From Fibrobacter succinogenes subsp. succinogenes S85 (lineage in GTDB: Bacteria; Fibrobacterota; Fibrobacteria; Fibrobacterales; Fibrobacteraceae): a stretch of DNA of 32,000 nucleotides. Within the stretch, counting starts at the first letter, position 1. Each line of letters opens with the position of its first letter. This document shows, in pieces, positions 16,100-23,671 of this stretch. The notes below the pieces were generated by a model. That model had not been told where the DNA came from. It worked only from the letters and a program-made list of their open reading frames with translations, and did not search any database. Made by a program: the position numbers and the translations under genes. The stretch is taken from positions 3,780,001-3,812,000 of the forward strand of contig NC_017448.1 in assembly GCF_000146505.1 (NCBI RefSeq), read 5' to 3'.

Positions 16100-16513
16100 A
16101 TGGATTGCAGAATCTTAGTCCGTTTCATTGGAGTCCAAGAGGATCTTGATGCGTTGTGGAGCGCATTCATGGAACATTTCCCGGAGGCCGAACTGCCGAG
16201 CGTCGATTCCGGAGAATGGTATTCCGTCGAAGATTACATGACCGATGAATACGAATGCCGCTTCGAGGTACTGCCGGAGTCCGAGCTATATGCAATCGAT
16301 GGAACTTTCCTTGTCGAAAACGAACCGCCCGAGGATGTCCTGACCGAAATTCTGGAACGCTTCGAACGCGTGTATGCCGTGTTCAAGTGGTCTACGATGG
16401 ATGTTGGGGTAGGCTGCGGTACCAGCGAAGGCTGGGGCGAGTTCAATGCCGACCGCGCCGATGACGGTTCCGACGAAGCGAACGAAATCTCCGAAGCTGT
16501 CCTCGGATTTTAG
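16100..16513 (+). CDS. Acidic hypothetical protein
   Basis: 137 aa from ATG 16100, preceded by an AAAGGAGG RBS. No family is recognised. It is convergent with the radical SAM gene. Confidence 0.6.
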   Translation: MDCRILVRFIGVQEDLDALWSAFMEHFPEAELPSVDSGEWYSVEDYMTDEYECRFEVLPESELYAIDGTFLVENEPPEDVLTEILERFERVYAVFKWSTMDVGVGCGTSEGWGEFNADRADDGSDEANEISEAVLGF

Positions 16514-16548
16514 CCATTTATTTTACGCCATTTATTTTACGCCATTTT
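16514..16548. repeat. 14-nt tandem duplication (2.5 copies) spanning the radical SAM gene stop
   Basis: ccatttattttacg occurs at 16514-16527 and 16528-16541, followed by a partial copy ccatttt. Confidence 0.85.
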
Positions 16549-17625
16549 CTCAAGCAGTGTATCGCAGATTTCTGCGAGCATTCTTTCGTGCGTACACACT
16601 TCGGGTGACACTCCTTCTATTGTCCCCGTCGTGTAGTAGCTCGTGCAGGCGCACTCGTGCGCACAGCAGCGGTAGCGGATGTCGCACCCCTCGCATTCCT
16701 TTTTGTCGTTGTCTAAAAATACTCGAATCTTGTCACAAGCCGCTTCGTCAAAGCCGGTAAAAACGTTCCCCTGCACATAGTGGGTGTTTGGGTTTGAGGT
16801 GATAAACCGTGTGCAAGGGAACATATTCCCGTTTGTCGCAACACCGATGGCTCCATTGTACACATGGCACGAATAAAGTCTGTATCGCGAATTAATAAGT
16901 CTTATTTTTACTTTGTCGTGGATTGTGCCGAGGAAGAACTTGTCGCCTTTCTCGCGGCATTCTCTCCAGTAATCTGCCATTTTCTGGTATTGCAAGGCGA
17001 GCTTGTCAAAATCTTCACCGCTCCACTTACCGTCAAAATCAACACTTGTGGTAAGGCTCTGGAATCCCTGTTCGTGCAGCCACTTGACGCTCTCAAAAAG
17101 CGTGCTGACGTGGGCTCGCGTGACGGTGCTTAACGCGACTGCGCCGAGTTTCACGAATCGCGGAATATGCTTTTCGATGGCCTTGAAACTTCCCGTATTG
17201 TTGACGGTGCGGCGCGCGATATCGTGGTGGTGTTCCGGCCCGTCGAGTGAAAGATAAATGCGGAATTTTTCGCGTTCGCAAAAGTCAAAGAATTCGTCGT
17301 CAAACAGCGTGGCGTTTGTGTTGACCGCAAATTGCAACTTGAAATTTTTTGAGATTTTGCCTTTGTCCATCGCGTCATCGACAATCGCCTTTGCGAATTC
17401 AACACCTTTATAAATGGCGTCCCTTCGCAAAAGCGGCTCCCCTCCAAAGAACGTGATGTTCAAGTACGACTGCCTAAAGAAAATCGTGCGGTCGAGTGCA
17501 ATTTTGATGGCCTGCTCGAGGGTTGCATCGTCCATGACCGTTTTGCGGTCTGCTTGCGATTCCTTGTAATAGCAGTAGGTACAACGTAAATTACATTGTT
17601 CTGTAAGGCAAAGGACTAAATTCAT
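16537..17625 (-). CDS. Radical SAM enzyme with a C-terminal SPASM domain (peptide/protein maturase type)
   Basis: CNLRCTYC (CxxxCxxC) lies near the N-terminus, with a GGEPLL motif. The C-terminus has CX12GX4C (CHVYNGAIGVATNGNMFPC) and the cluster CEGCDIRYRCCAHECAC. I prefer the start MNLVLCL (ATG 17625), which overlaps the upstream stop as ATGA. Confidence 0.9.
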   Translation of the reverse strand: MNLVLCLTEQCNLRCTYCYYKESQADRKTVMDDATLEQAIKIALDRTIFFRQSYLNITFFGGEPLLRRDAIYKGVEFAKAIVDDAMDKGKISKNFKLQFAVNTNATLFDDEFFDFCEREKFRIYLSLDGPEHHHDIARRTVNNTGSFKAIEKHIPRFVKLGAVALSTVTRAHVSTLFESVKWLHEQGFQSLTTSVDFDGKWSGEDFDKLALQYQKMADYWRECREKGDKFFLGTIHDKVKIRLINSRYRLYSCHVYNGAIGVATNGNMFPCTRFITSNPNTHYVQGNVFTGFDEAACDKIRVFLDNDKKECEGCDIRYRCCAHECACTSYYTTGTIEGVSPEVCTHERMLAEICDTLLEKMA

Positions 17626-18251
17626 GCTTGAATGTCGTCTTGCTCGAACGTGGTGACCATGCTGAATATCATACACGAGCCATCATCGCAGATGTGTATG
17701 CGAGGGTTGAGCGTATCTATGGCAGGTGTGGTTTGAGTGGCAGGGATTGCTGTTTTGCTGCTACTAGACTTTTCCTCGGACGAGCTTGACAGCGTTTCGC
17801 TTGATGAAGAATCTTCGTACGGCGGGAGAATGCCTGCTTCTGGAGGTGGCTCGTAAGACGAACTGCTAGGTTTTTCGACGGAAGAACTGCTGAGACGTTC
17901 AGAAGACATGACCATCGGGGAACCCGATTCTGGCGGCGGGTACACCATGGAGCTACTCAATGGCTGCATTGCAGAGGATAGTGCTTCGATGGCTTCGCTG
18001 CTGAGATGTTCTCCGCTTGAAGAAATGTCGGTATAGCTAGAACTGCTGTATTGTTCTCCGCATGCCGCCTGTCCGCATGTCGGTTCGTTCTCTGGCTGCT
18101 GCTTGGGATGGTCTCCGCTATTTGCCGATACACTGTCATCGCAAGCTGTTGCACCGATGGATGCCGCAATTCCGAGTGCAGCTGCGACCGCACTTTGGGT
18201 AAAATGGCTCAATTTTGAGCTTTTGACGACTTTCTTCTTCTCAATTTTCAT
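17622..18251 (-). CDS. Ser-rich putative lipoprotein with a conserved Cys/acidic C-terminal tail, paralog B
   Basis: MKIEKKKV...AAALGIAASIGATAC signal/lipobox, about 150 aa of Ser/Pro/Glu low complexity, and the tail IHICDDGSCMIFSMVTTFEQDDIQA. A GAGG RBS is present. Its stop overlaps the radical SAM start. Confidence 0.8.
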   Translation of the reverse strand: MKIEKKKVVKSSKLSHFTQSAVAAALGIAASIGATACDDSVSANSGDHPKQQPENEPTCGQAACGEQYSSSSYTDISSSGEHLSSEAIEALSSAMQPLSSSMVYPPPESGSPMVMSSERLSSSSVEKPSSSSYEPPPEAGILPPYEDSSSSETLSSSSEEKSSSSKTAIPATQTTPAIDTLNPRIHICDDGSCMIFSMVTTFEQDDIQA

Positions 18252-18275
18252 GGTTCCCTCTAACACTTGCAGATC

Positions 18276-18845
18276 TTATACATTGTCAAACATTTCGTAT
18301 GTGGACACCATGCTCACTAGCGGAAAGTCGTCATCGTCATGGCACATAATGACGTTTACGCCCATAGAATCAATTTTGTTGCAATCTCTTGGCCATGGTG
18401 GGACGACTTCTGTGGAACTGCTAGATTCTTCCTTGACGCTCGACGAACTGCGGGGCTTTTCGACAAATGTGCTGCTAGAACTTTCGGATGAGCTGCTGAC
18501 GATTTCTTCTGACGAACTGCTTTGAATTGGTGCAACAGAAGAGCTGCTTGGCGTTTGTACGGAAGAAGAAGAAAGTGCTTCGATGGCTTCACTGCTGAGT
18601 CGTTCGTGGCTCAGCGGAATATCGGTTACAGAAGAACTTGATTGTATTTCGGGGCTTTCGGAGGCGTCGCTGCTGTTTGGATTGTTGTTGTCTGGTTCAA
18701 CAGGGCCGATAACCTGACCACTTTCAGCATCGCCTGTACAGCCGCTCATCAAAATTGCGGACATGCCAAGCATTGAGGCAACACCTGCCTTGGTGGCATT
18801 CGACAAACGTGAATTTCCGGTAACTTTCTTCTTCTCGATTTTCAT
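18276..18845 (-). CDS. Ser-rich putative lipoprotein with a conserved Cys/acidic C-terminal tail, paralog A
   Basis: MKIEKKKV...SAILMSGC lipobox, a Ser-rich linker, and the tail VIMCHDDDDFPLVSMVSTYEMFDNV. An AAGGAGG RBS is present. Confidence 0.8.
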   Translation of the reverse strand: MKIEKKKVTGNSRLSNATKAGVASMLGMSAILMSGCTGDAESGQVIGPVEPDNNNPNSSDASESPEIQSSSSVTDIPLSHERLSSEAIEALSSSSVQTPSSSSVAPIQSSSSEEIVSSSSESSSSTFVEKPRSSSSVKEESSSSTEVVPPWPRDCNKIDSMGVNVIMCHDDDDFPLVSMVSTYEMFDNV

Positions 18846-18990
18846 AAAAATTTTCCTCCTTACATCCTTACACCATGTTAATATAGTTTGTTTTGGAATA
18901 TAAAGTGTAATTTGGGGCCTTTTTTGTGATTGGCTCTGAACGTTTTTGTTGCATCCGTTGCATATAGGCGTTGCGACTTCGCCGCAGTTG

Positions 18991-19087
18991 GCAGAACTTA
19001 GTTGGTAGAACTTAGAATATGCAAAAAATGCATCCGGAATCCCGAATGCATTTCTCTAAGTTCTAAGATCTAAGCTCTAAGTTCTAA
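18991..19087. repeat. Inverted TTAGAAC-type heptad arrays flanking a hairpin
   Basis: The left arm is gcagaacttagttggtagaacttagaa and the right arm is ctctaagttctaagatctaagctctaagttctaa. Confidence 0.85.
19022..19053 (-). terminator. Terminator of ilvBN
   Basis: Stem atgcatccgg (19028-19037) and ccgaatgcat (19042-19051) with one mismatch. A T6 run follows on the minus strand. Confidence 0.6.
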
Positions 19088-19090
19088 AGG

Positions 19091-19585
19091 CTAAGTCTTA
19101 TCTTCACCGCGGAGCATGATGACCTTGCCCGTGCGGATGTATTCCACGATTTCGAACTTCTGCAACAAGCTCTTGAGGGTATCGACCTTCTGGCTGTTGC
19201 CCGTAATCTGGATAATCATGGACGTCATCGTCATATCCACCGTGTTGGCGTGGAAATGGTCGCAAAGCTGCAAGATTTCGGTGCGCTGTTCTGCAGTGCA
19301 ACGAACCTTGATGAGGGCAAGTTCCTTTTCCACAGCGTCCGTACCGGTATGGTCCTTGGCCTGAACCACGTCCACGAGCTTTTCGAGCTGCTTGATGATT
19401 TGCATCAAGATTTCGGGATTGCCGTGAGCGATGATGTTCATGCGGCTGAAGTTCGGGTCGAGCGTGGGGGAGACGACGAGAGAATCGATGTTGTAGCCAC
19501 GGCGGGAGAACACGAGTGCAATACGCACGAGCACGCCCGGGCGGTTTGCCACTAACAAGCTAATAGAATGTGCAATATCTTTCAT
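19091..19585 (-). CDS. ilvN: Acetolactate synthase small (regulatory) subunit
   Basis: The ACT domain signature ISLLVANRPGVLVRIALVFSRRGYNIDSLVV is present. The length is 164 aa and it lies downstream of ilvB. Confidence 0.9.
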   Translation of the reverse strand: MKDIAHSISLLVANRPGVLVRIALVFSRRGYNIDSLVVSPTLDPNFSRMNIIAHGNPEILMQIIKQLEKLVDVVQAKDHTGTDAVEKELALIKVRCTAEQRTEILQLCDHFHANTVDMTMTSMIIQITGNSQKVDTLKSLLQKFEIVEYIRTGKVIMLRGEDKT

Positions 19586-19600
19586 TTTCTAATTCTCCTA

Positions 19601-21319
19601 TTACGTCGATCCGGTGGGTTTTTCGAGCTGCGTCTTCGGCTGTTCGGTGATCATGCTTGTGATCGGAGCGCCTGCCGGAATCATCGGGAACACGTTGTCT
19701 TCCTTTTCGCATTCGCAGTGGATGAGGATCGGGCCGTCGTTGTAGTCCAAAGCCTTCTGGATCACGCGTTCAGCATCGGCCGGGCGCTTGATACGCAGAC
19801 CCGGGATGCCGTAAGCTTCAGCGAGCTTCACGAAGTCCGGGTTGCCTCTCATGTCAACGCTGGAGTAGCGGTGGTCGTAGAAGAGTTCCTGCCACTGGCG
19901 CACCATGCCGAGGTACTTGTTGTCCATCACGAAAATCTTGATGGGGAGCTTGTGGATCGCGGCTGTTGCAAGTTCTGCTTCGGTCATCTGGAAGCCACCG
20001 TCACCGCTGAAGCTGCAAACCGGCCAACCGGTTTCGTTGCCGAATGCGGCACCGATAGCAGCCGGGAAGCCAAAGCCCATCGTGCCTGCGCCACCGCTGG
20101 AGTGGAGCTGACGCGGATAGTTGATGTGGAAGAACTGTGCAACCCACATCTGGTGCTGGCCCACGTCTGTGGTAACAATGGCCTTGCCCTGCGTAAGTTC
20201 GCTCACGGTAGCAACGATGTGCTGCATACGGAGGCCGCCCTGCTTGGCGTAGGTAAGCGGATAGCGCTTCTTCCAGGTCTGGCAAGTCTTGATCCAGTCG
20301 GCGGTATCGAGCTTGTTCACCATCGGGAGGAGCTGTTCCAGGACGAGCTTCGCGTCACCGCACATGAACACATCCGGCTGCAACACCTTGCCTTCTTCGG
20401 CTGGGTCGATGTCGATGTGCATCTTCACGGCGTTCTTGCAGAATTCGCTGAGCTTACCGGTAATGCGGTCGTCCCAACGGCTACCGATCGAAAGGATCAA
20501 GTCGCATTCGAGGACAGCCTTGTTGGCGTAAATTGTACCGTGCATGCCGAGCATGCCGAGAGAAAGTTCGTGGTCGGTCGGGAATGCACCGAGGCCAAGC
20601 ATTGTGCAGCAAACCGGAGCGCCGAGCTTTTCGGCAAGTTCCTTCACCTGGCGGTGTGCGCCAGAAATCATGGCGCCGTGGCCCACGAGCAAAAGCGGCT
20701 TCTTGGAATTCTTGAGGTATTCGGCGGCCTTTTCGACGCTTTCAGTAGAAGCGTAGGTCGGAATCTTGTAACCCGGAAGGTCCATCTGGTCCGTGAACGG
20801 AGCGGTGCAGGGGCCTGCAGTCACGTCCTTCGGGAGGTCGATAAGCACCGGGCCCGGACGGCCAGAACGTGCGATGTGGAAAGCTTCCTTCATCACGCGC
20901 GGAAGGTCGTTCGTGTCCTTCACCAAGTAAGAATGCTTCACGGTTGCAAAAGTCATACCGCTAGTATCGCATTCCTGGAAAGCGTCCTTGCCCAAGTTCG
21001 GAGTCGTCGTCTGTGCCGTGAGCACGACGATCGGGCTAGAATCCATGAGAGCTGTATAAATACCTGTAAACGTGTTCGTTGCACCCGGACCGCTAGTGAC
21101 AAGAGCTACACCGACCTTACCGGTCTGGCGGGCATAACCGTCAGCCATGTGGGTTGCGCCCTGTTCATGACGGCTGAGCACAACTTTGATGCTGGAGTCG
21201 AGGATGGCATCGAACATCGGAATGGCCGATCCACCGGGATAGCCGAAAATTGTATCAACGCCTTCACGCTTGAGGCATTCGATAATCACTTCGGCACCAC
21301 TTAAGGTCTTATTTGCCAT
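19601..21319 (-). CDS. ilvB: Acetolactate synthase large subunit, biosynthetic type
   Basis: GAEVIIECLKREGVDTIFGYPGGSAIP and the ThDP motif GDGGFQM...N are present. The length is 572 aa. Confidence 0.9.
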   Translation of the reverse strand: MANKTLSGAEVIIECLKREGVDTIFGYPGGSAIPMFDAILDSSIKVVLSRHEQGATHMADGYARQTGKVGVALVTSGPGATNTFTGIYTALMDSSPIVVLTAQTTTPNLGKDAFQECDTSGMTFATVKHSYLVKDTNDLPRVMKEAFHIARSGRPGPVLIDLPKDVTAGPCTAPFTDQMDLPGYKIPTYASTESVEKAAEYLKNSKKPLLLVGHGAMISGAHRQVKELAEKLGAPVCCTMLGLGAFPTDHELSLGMLGMHGTIYANKAVLECDLILSIGSRWDDRITGKLSEFCKNAVKMHIDIDPAEEGKVLQPDVFMCGDAKLVLEQLLPMVNKLDTADWIKTCQTWKKRYPLTYAKQGGLRMQHIVATVSELTQGKAIVTTDVGQHQMWVAQFFHINYPRQLHSSGGAGTMGFGFPAAIGAAFGNETGWPVCSFSGDGGFQMTEAELATAAIHKLPIKIFVMDNKYLGMVRQWQELFYDHRYSSVDMRGNPDFVKLAEAYGIPGLRIKRPADAERVIQKALDYNDGPILIHCECEKEDNVFPMIPAGAPITSMITEQPKTQLEKPTGST

Positions 21320-21666
21320 AATTTATCCTGTCTTTTAAAGAATAGATGAAAATTTAGATGAGCTGAAATATAGGAGTAATTTTTGAGGGTGGCAAGAGGT
21401 AAAACCCGACTTTTGTGAAATTTTTTGAAATTTTTAGTGAAATTTTATTTTGAAACGACCTGTTTTGGTGTAAAAATTGAAAAATTTTCGTTAAATTTTG
21501 AAAAATCGCACTTTGAATAAAGTAAAAACTAGTGAATTTTGGATTAAATTTCTGTTTTATGGAACTTGAGATGCTGAAATAATTGATTTTGGGAAATTGT
21601 CTCCCTGGAACGATATTCCTCCTTACTAAGTGGGCATCCCGCGTTTTTTTTTACTATTTTAATCTT

Positions 21667-22068
21667 ATGCTTAAGAAAATCATACTTTCTCTGTTCCTCG
21701 CGGCCGCCTTTGTGTTCGCCGCCGACCCGATCACCATTGAAGGGCGTTTGACCGAAATTCCGGGCAAGATGCCTAGCAATGACCTGTACAGCTATGTCTA
21801 TGTATTTAAGTACAAGGTCCAAAAGGTTGTTTCGGGCAAGCTCGACGCCAAGGAAGTTCTCGTGGGTGTTTATAACCCGCTCATCGCTCGCGGCAAGGTC
21901 AAGGACAAGATGGCCGACAAGTCCAAGGGCAACGTTGGCGAATTCAAGGCCAAGTCCAAATACACGCTCAAGCTGATCCCGCTCGAAGGCAACTGGGACG
22001 GCGCTGTTGAAGATGAATACTTTGACGACGAATCCCCGCGCTACTTGGCTATTGAAGTGAACGAGTAA
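21667..22068 (+). CDS. Small secreted protein (hypothetical), first gene of the MBOAT cluster
   Basis: ATG 21667 gives the signal peptide MLKKIILSLFLAAAFVFA/ADP. The track start 21583 adds a non-signal extension. Confidence 0.6.
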   Translation: MLKKIILSLFLAAAFVFAADPITIEGRLTEIPGKMPSNDLYSYVYVFKYKVQKVVSGKLDAKEVLVGVYNPLIARGKVKDKMADKSKGNVGEFKAKSKYTLKLIPLEGNWDGAVEDEYFDDESPRYLAIEVNE

Positions 22069-22071
22069 TTA

Positions 22072-23490
22072 ATGGTTTTCTCTTCCCAGATTTTTCTTTT
22101 CTATTTCTTGCCGACGTTTTTGGTTGGCTACTTTGTTCTCTTCAAGCTCGGGGCTAAGCATTCGTTCCTGAACTTGTTCATTACCATCTTCAGTTACGTT
22201 TTTTACGGCTGGCTCGAACCATGGCTCGTGTTCCTTATGTTCGGTTGTACGCTCGTGGTGTACGTGGCTGGGCGGTTCATCTCGGCGCCTGACGCAAGCA
22301 AGTTCCAGCGGAATTTTGCGCTCGGTACGGCGATTGCGGTAAATCTCGGTGCGCTTGGGTTCTTCAAGTATTACATGTTCGGCATGGGAATCGTGAATGA
22401 TTTTGCGACCATGCTTGGCTGTGAGCCGTTCTCGATTATGACGGTCCTTTTGCCGGTGGGTATTTCGTTCTACTCGTTCCAGTCCATGAGTTACGCCATA
22501 GACGTGTGGCGCGGTACGGCACCTCCGGTCAAGAATTTTGCGACATTCGCATGCTACGTGGCGCTTTTCCCGCAGCTTGTGGCTGGCCCGATTGTGCGTT
22601 ACAATACGGTAGCCGAAGAACTTGAAACCCGCACGCATACGCTCGAAAACTTTGTGCGCGGTATTTTGTTCTTCTGCTTTGGTTTTGCCGAAAAAATCTT
22701 CCTTGCAAATCAGGTGGGCATCATTGCAGACCGCGTTTTTGCAGCCGATGCTCCGGGCGTCATCAATAGCTGGTGGGGTTCGCTTGCCTACATGTTCCAG
22801 ATCTATTTTGACTTCTCGGCGTATTCTAATATGGCGATCGGTCTTGGCCTTATGCTCGGGTTCCATTTCCCGCGCAACTTCAACGGCCCGTACCGCTCGA
22901 TTAGCATTACGGACTTCTGGAAGCGCTGGCACATTTCCCTCACAAGCTGGTTCCGCGATTACCTGTACATTCCGCTGGGCGGTAACCGCGTGCCGACGGG
23001 GCGCATGTACTTCAACCTATTCCTCGTGATGTTCGTGAGTGGCGTTTGGCATGGTGCGAACTGGACGTTTGTGTGCTGGGGCCTTTATCACGCCTTCTTC
23101 ATGATTGTCGAACGTGCGAACAACAAGAACGCTTGGTACTACAAGGCTCCTCGCGTGGTGCAAATCCTTTTGACTCAGGTGATTGTGCTCTTTGGCTGGG
23201 TGCTGTTCCGCGCAGATTCCATTGGTGATGCCGTCCGCATGTGGAAGAATATGCTTGGGCTTGGCGCAACGGCTGCTTCCGACGTGATTTTGTCTACTGA
23301 AATTTTCACGCCGACATGCGTCACTTTCATGCTGCTTGCAGGGCTCTTCTCGTTCTGGAAGTTCCGCAGCTACGATTGGTGCGTTGACGTCTCGTTCAAA
23401 AAATCGCTTGTCGTGCTTGGGCTTTTCATCCTTGCAACGCTTGCGCTCTTTACCCAGAGCTACAATCCGTTCTTGTATTTCCAATTTTGA
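22072..23490 (+). CDS. MBOAT family O-acyltransferase (AlgI/DltB-like)
   Basis: A multi-TM protein with FWKRWHISLTSWFRDYLYIPLGGNR and SGVWHGANWTFVCWGLYH (the conserved His). Confidence 0.9.
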   Translation: MVFSSQIFLFYFLPTFLVGYFVLFKLGAKHSFLNLFITIFSYVFYGWLEPWLVFLMFGCTLVVYVAGRFISAPDASKFQRNFALGTAIAVNLGALGFFKYYMFGMGIVNDFATMLGCEPFSIMTVLLPVGISFYSFQSMSYAIDVWRGTAPPVKNFATFACYVALFPQLVAGPIVRYNTVAEELETRTHTLENFVRGILFFCFGFAEKIFLANQVGIIADRVFAADAPGVINSWWGSLAYMFQIYFDFSAYSNMAIGLGLMLGFHFPRNFNGPYRSISITDFWKRWHISLTSWFRDYLYIPLGGNRVPTGRMYFNLFLVMFVSGVWHGANWTFVCWGLYHAFFMIVERANNKNAWYYKAPRVVQILLTQVIVLFGWVLFRADSIGDAVRMWKNMLGLGATAASDVILSTEIFTPTCVTFMLLAGLFSFWKFRSYDWCVDVSFKKSLVVLGLFILATLALFTQSYNPFLYFQF

Positions 23491-23491
23491 T

Positions 23492-23576
23492 TTAGACGAA
23501 AGAACGCCGCAAGCGGCTATAGACGAAAGACGAAAGGTAGTAGACAGTAGGCAGTAGACAGTGGTTAGTAGACAGG
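23492..23576 (+). repeat. TAGACGARAGAAC-hairpin-TAYAGAC module, copy 3, plus GTAGACA-type heptads
   Basis: ttagacgaaagaac gccgc aa gcggc tatagacgaaagacgaaagg followed by tagtagacagtaggcagtagacagtggttagtagacagg. It begins 2 nt after the MBOAT stop. Confidence 0.85.
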
Positions 23577-23603
23577 AATGCAAGTATCAAGAGTTCTTTC
23601 TTT

Positions 23604-23633
23604 CCTAACCACCAACCACTAACCACCAACCAC
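23604..23633 (+). repeat. CTAACCA-type heptad repeat
   Basis: cctaaccaccaaccactaaccaccaaccac. Confidence 0.85.
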
Positions 23634-23671
23634 AAGTATTATTATATTAGTTTTGTTCTATAGCTTGGTAT

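Noticed and set aside
16009-19090. The radical SAM/lipoprotein cluster as a genomic island integrated at the 3' end of ssrA
   Set aside because: Reading by eye, I found no downstream direct repeat of the tmRNA 3' end (ggttcgactcccctcacctcca) and no integrase. This is not excluded, because a proper repeat search is needed.
19568-21304. 578-aa ORF antisense to ilvB
   Set aside because: It is a shadow of the acetolactate synthase large subunit gene, with no motifs.
22069-22932. 287-aa minus-strand ORF inside the MBOAT gene
   Set aside because: It is an antisense shadow. The translation is highly basic and has no motifs.
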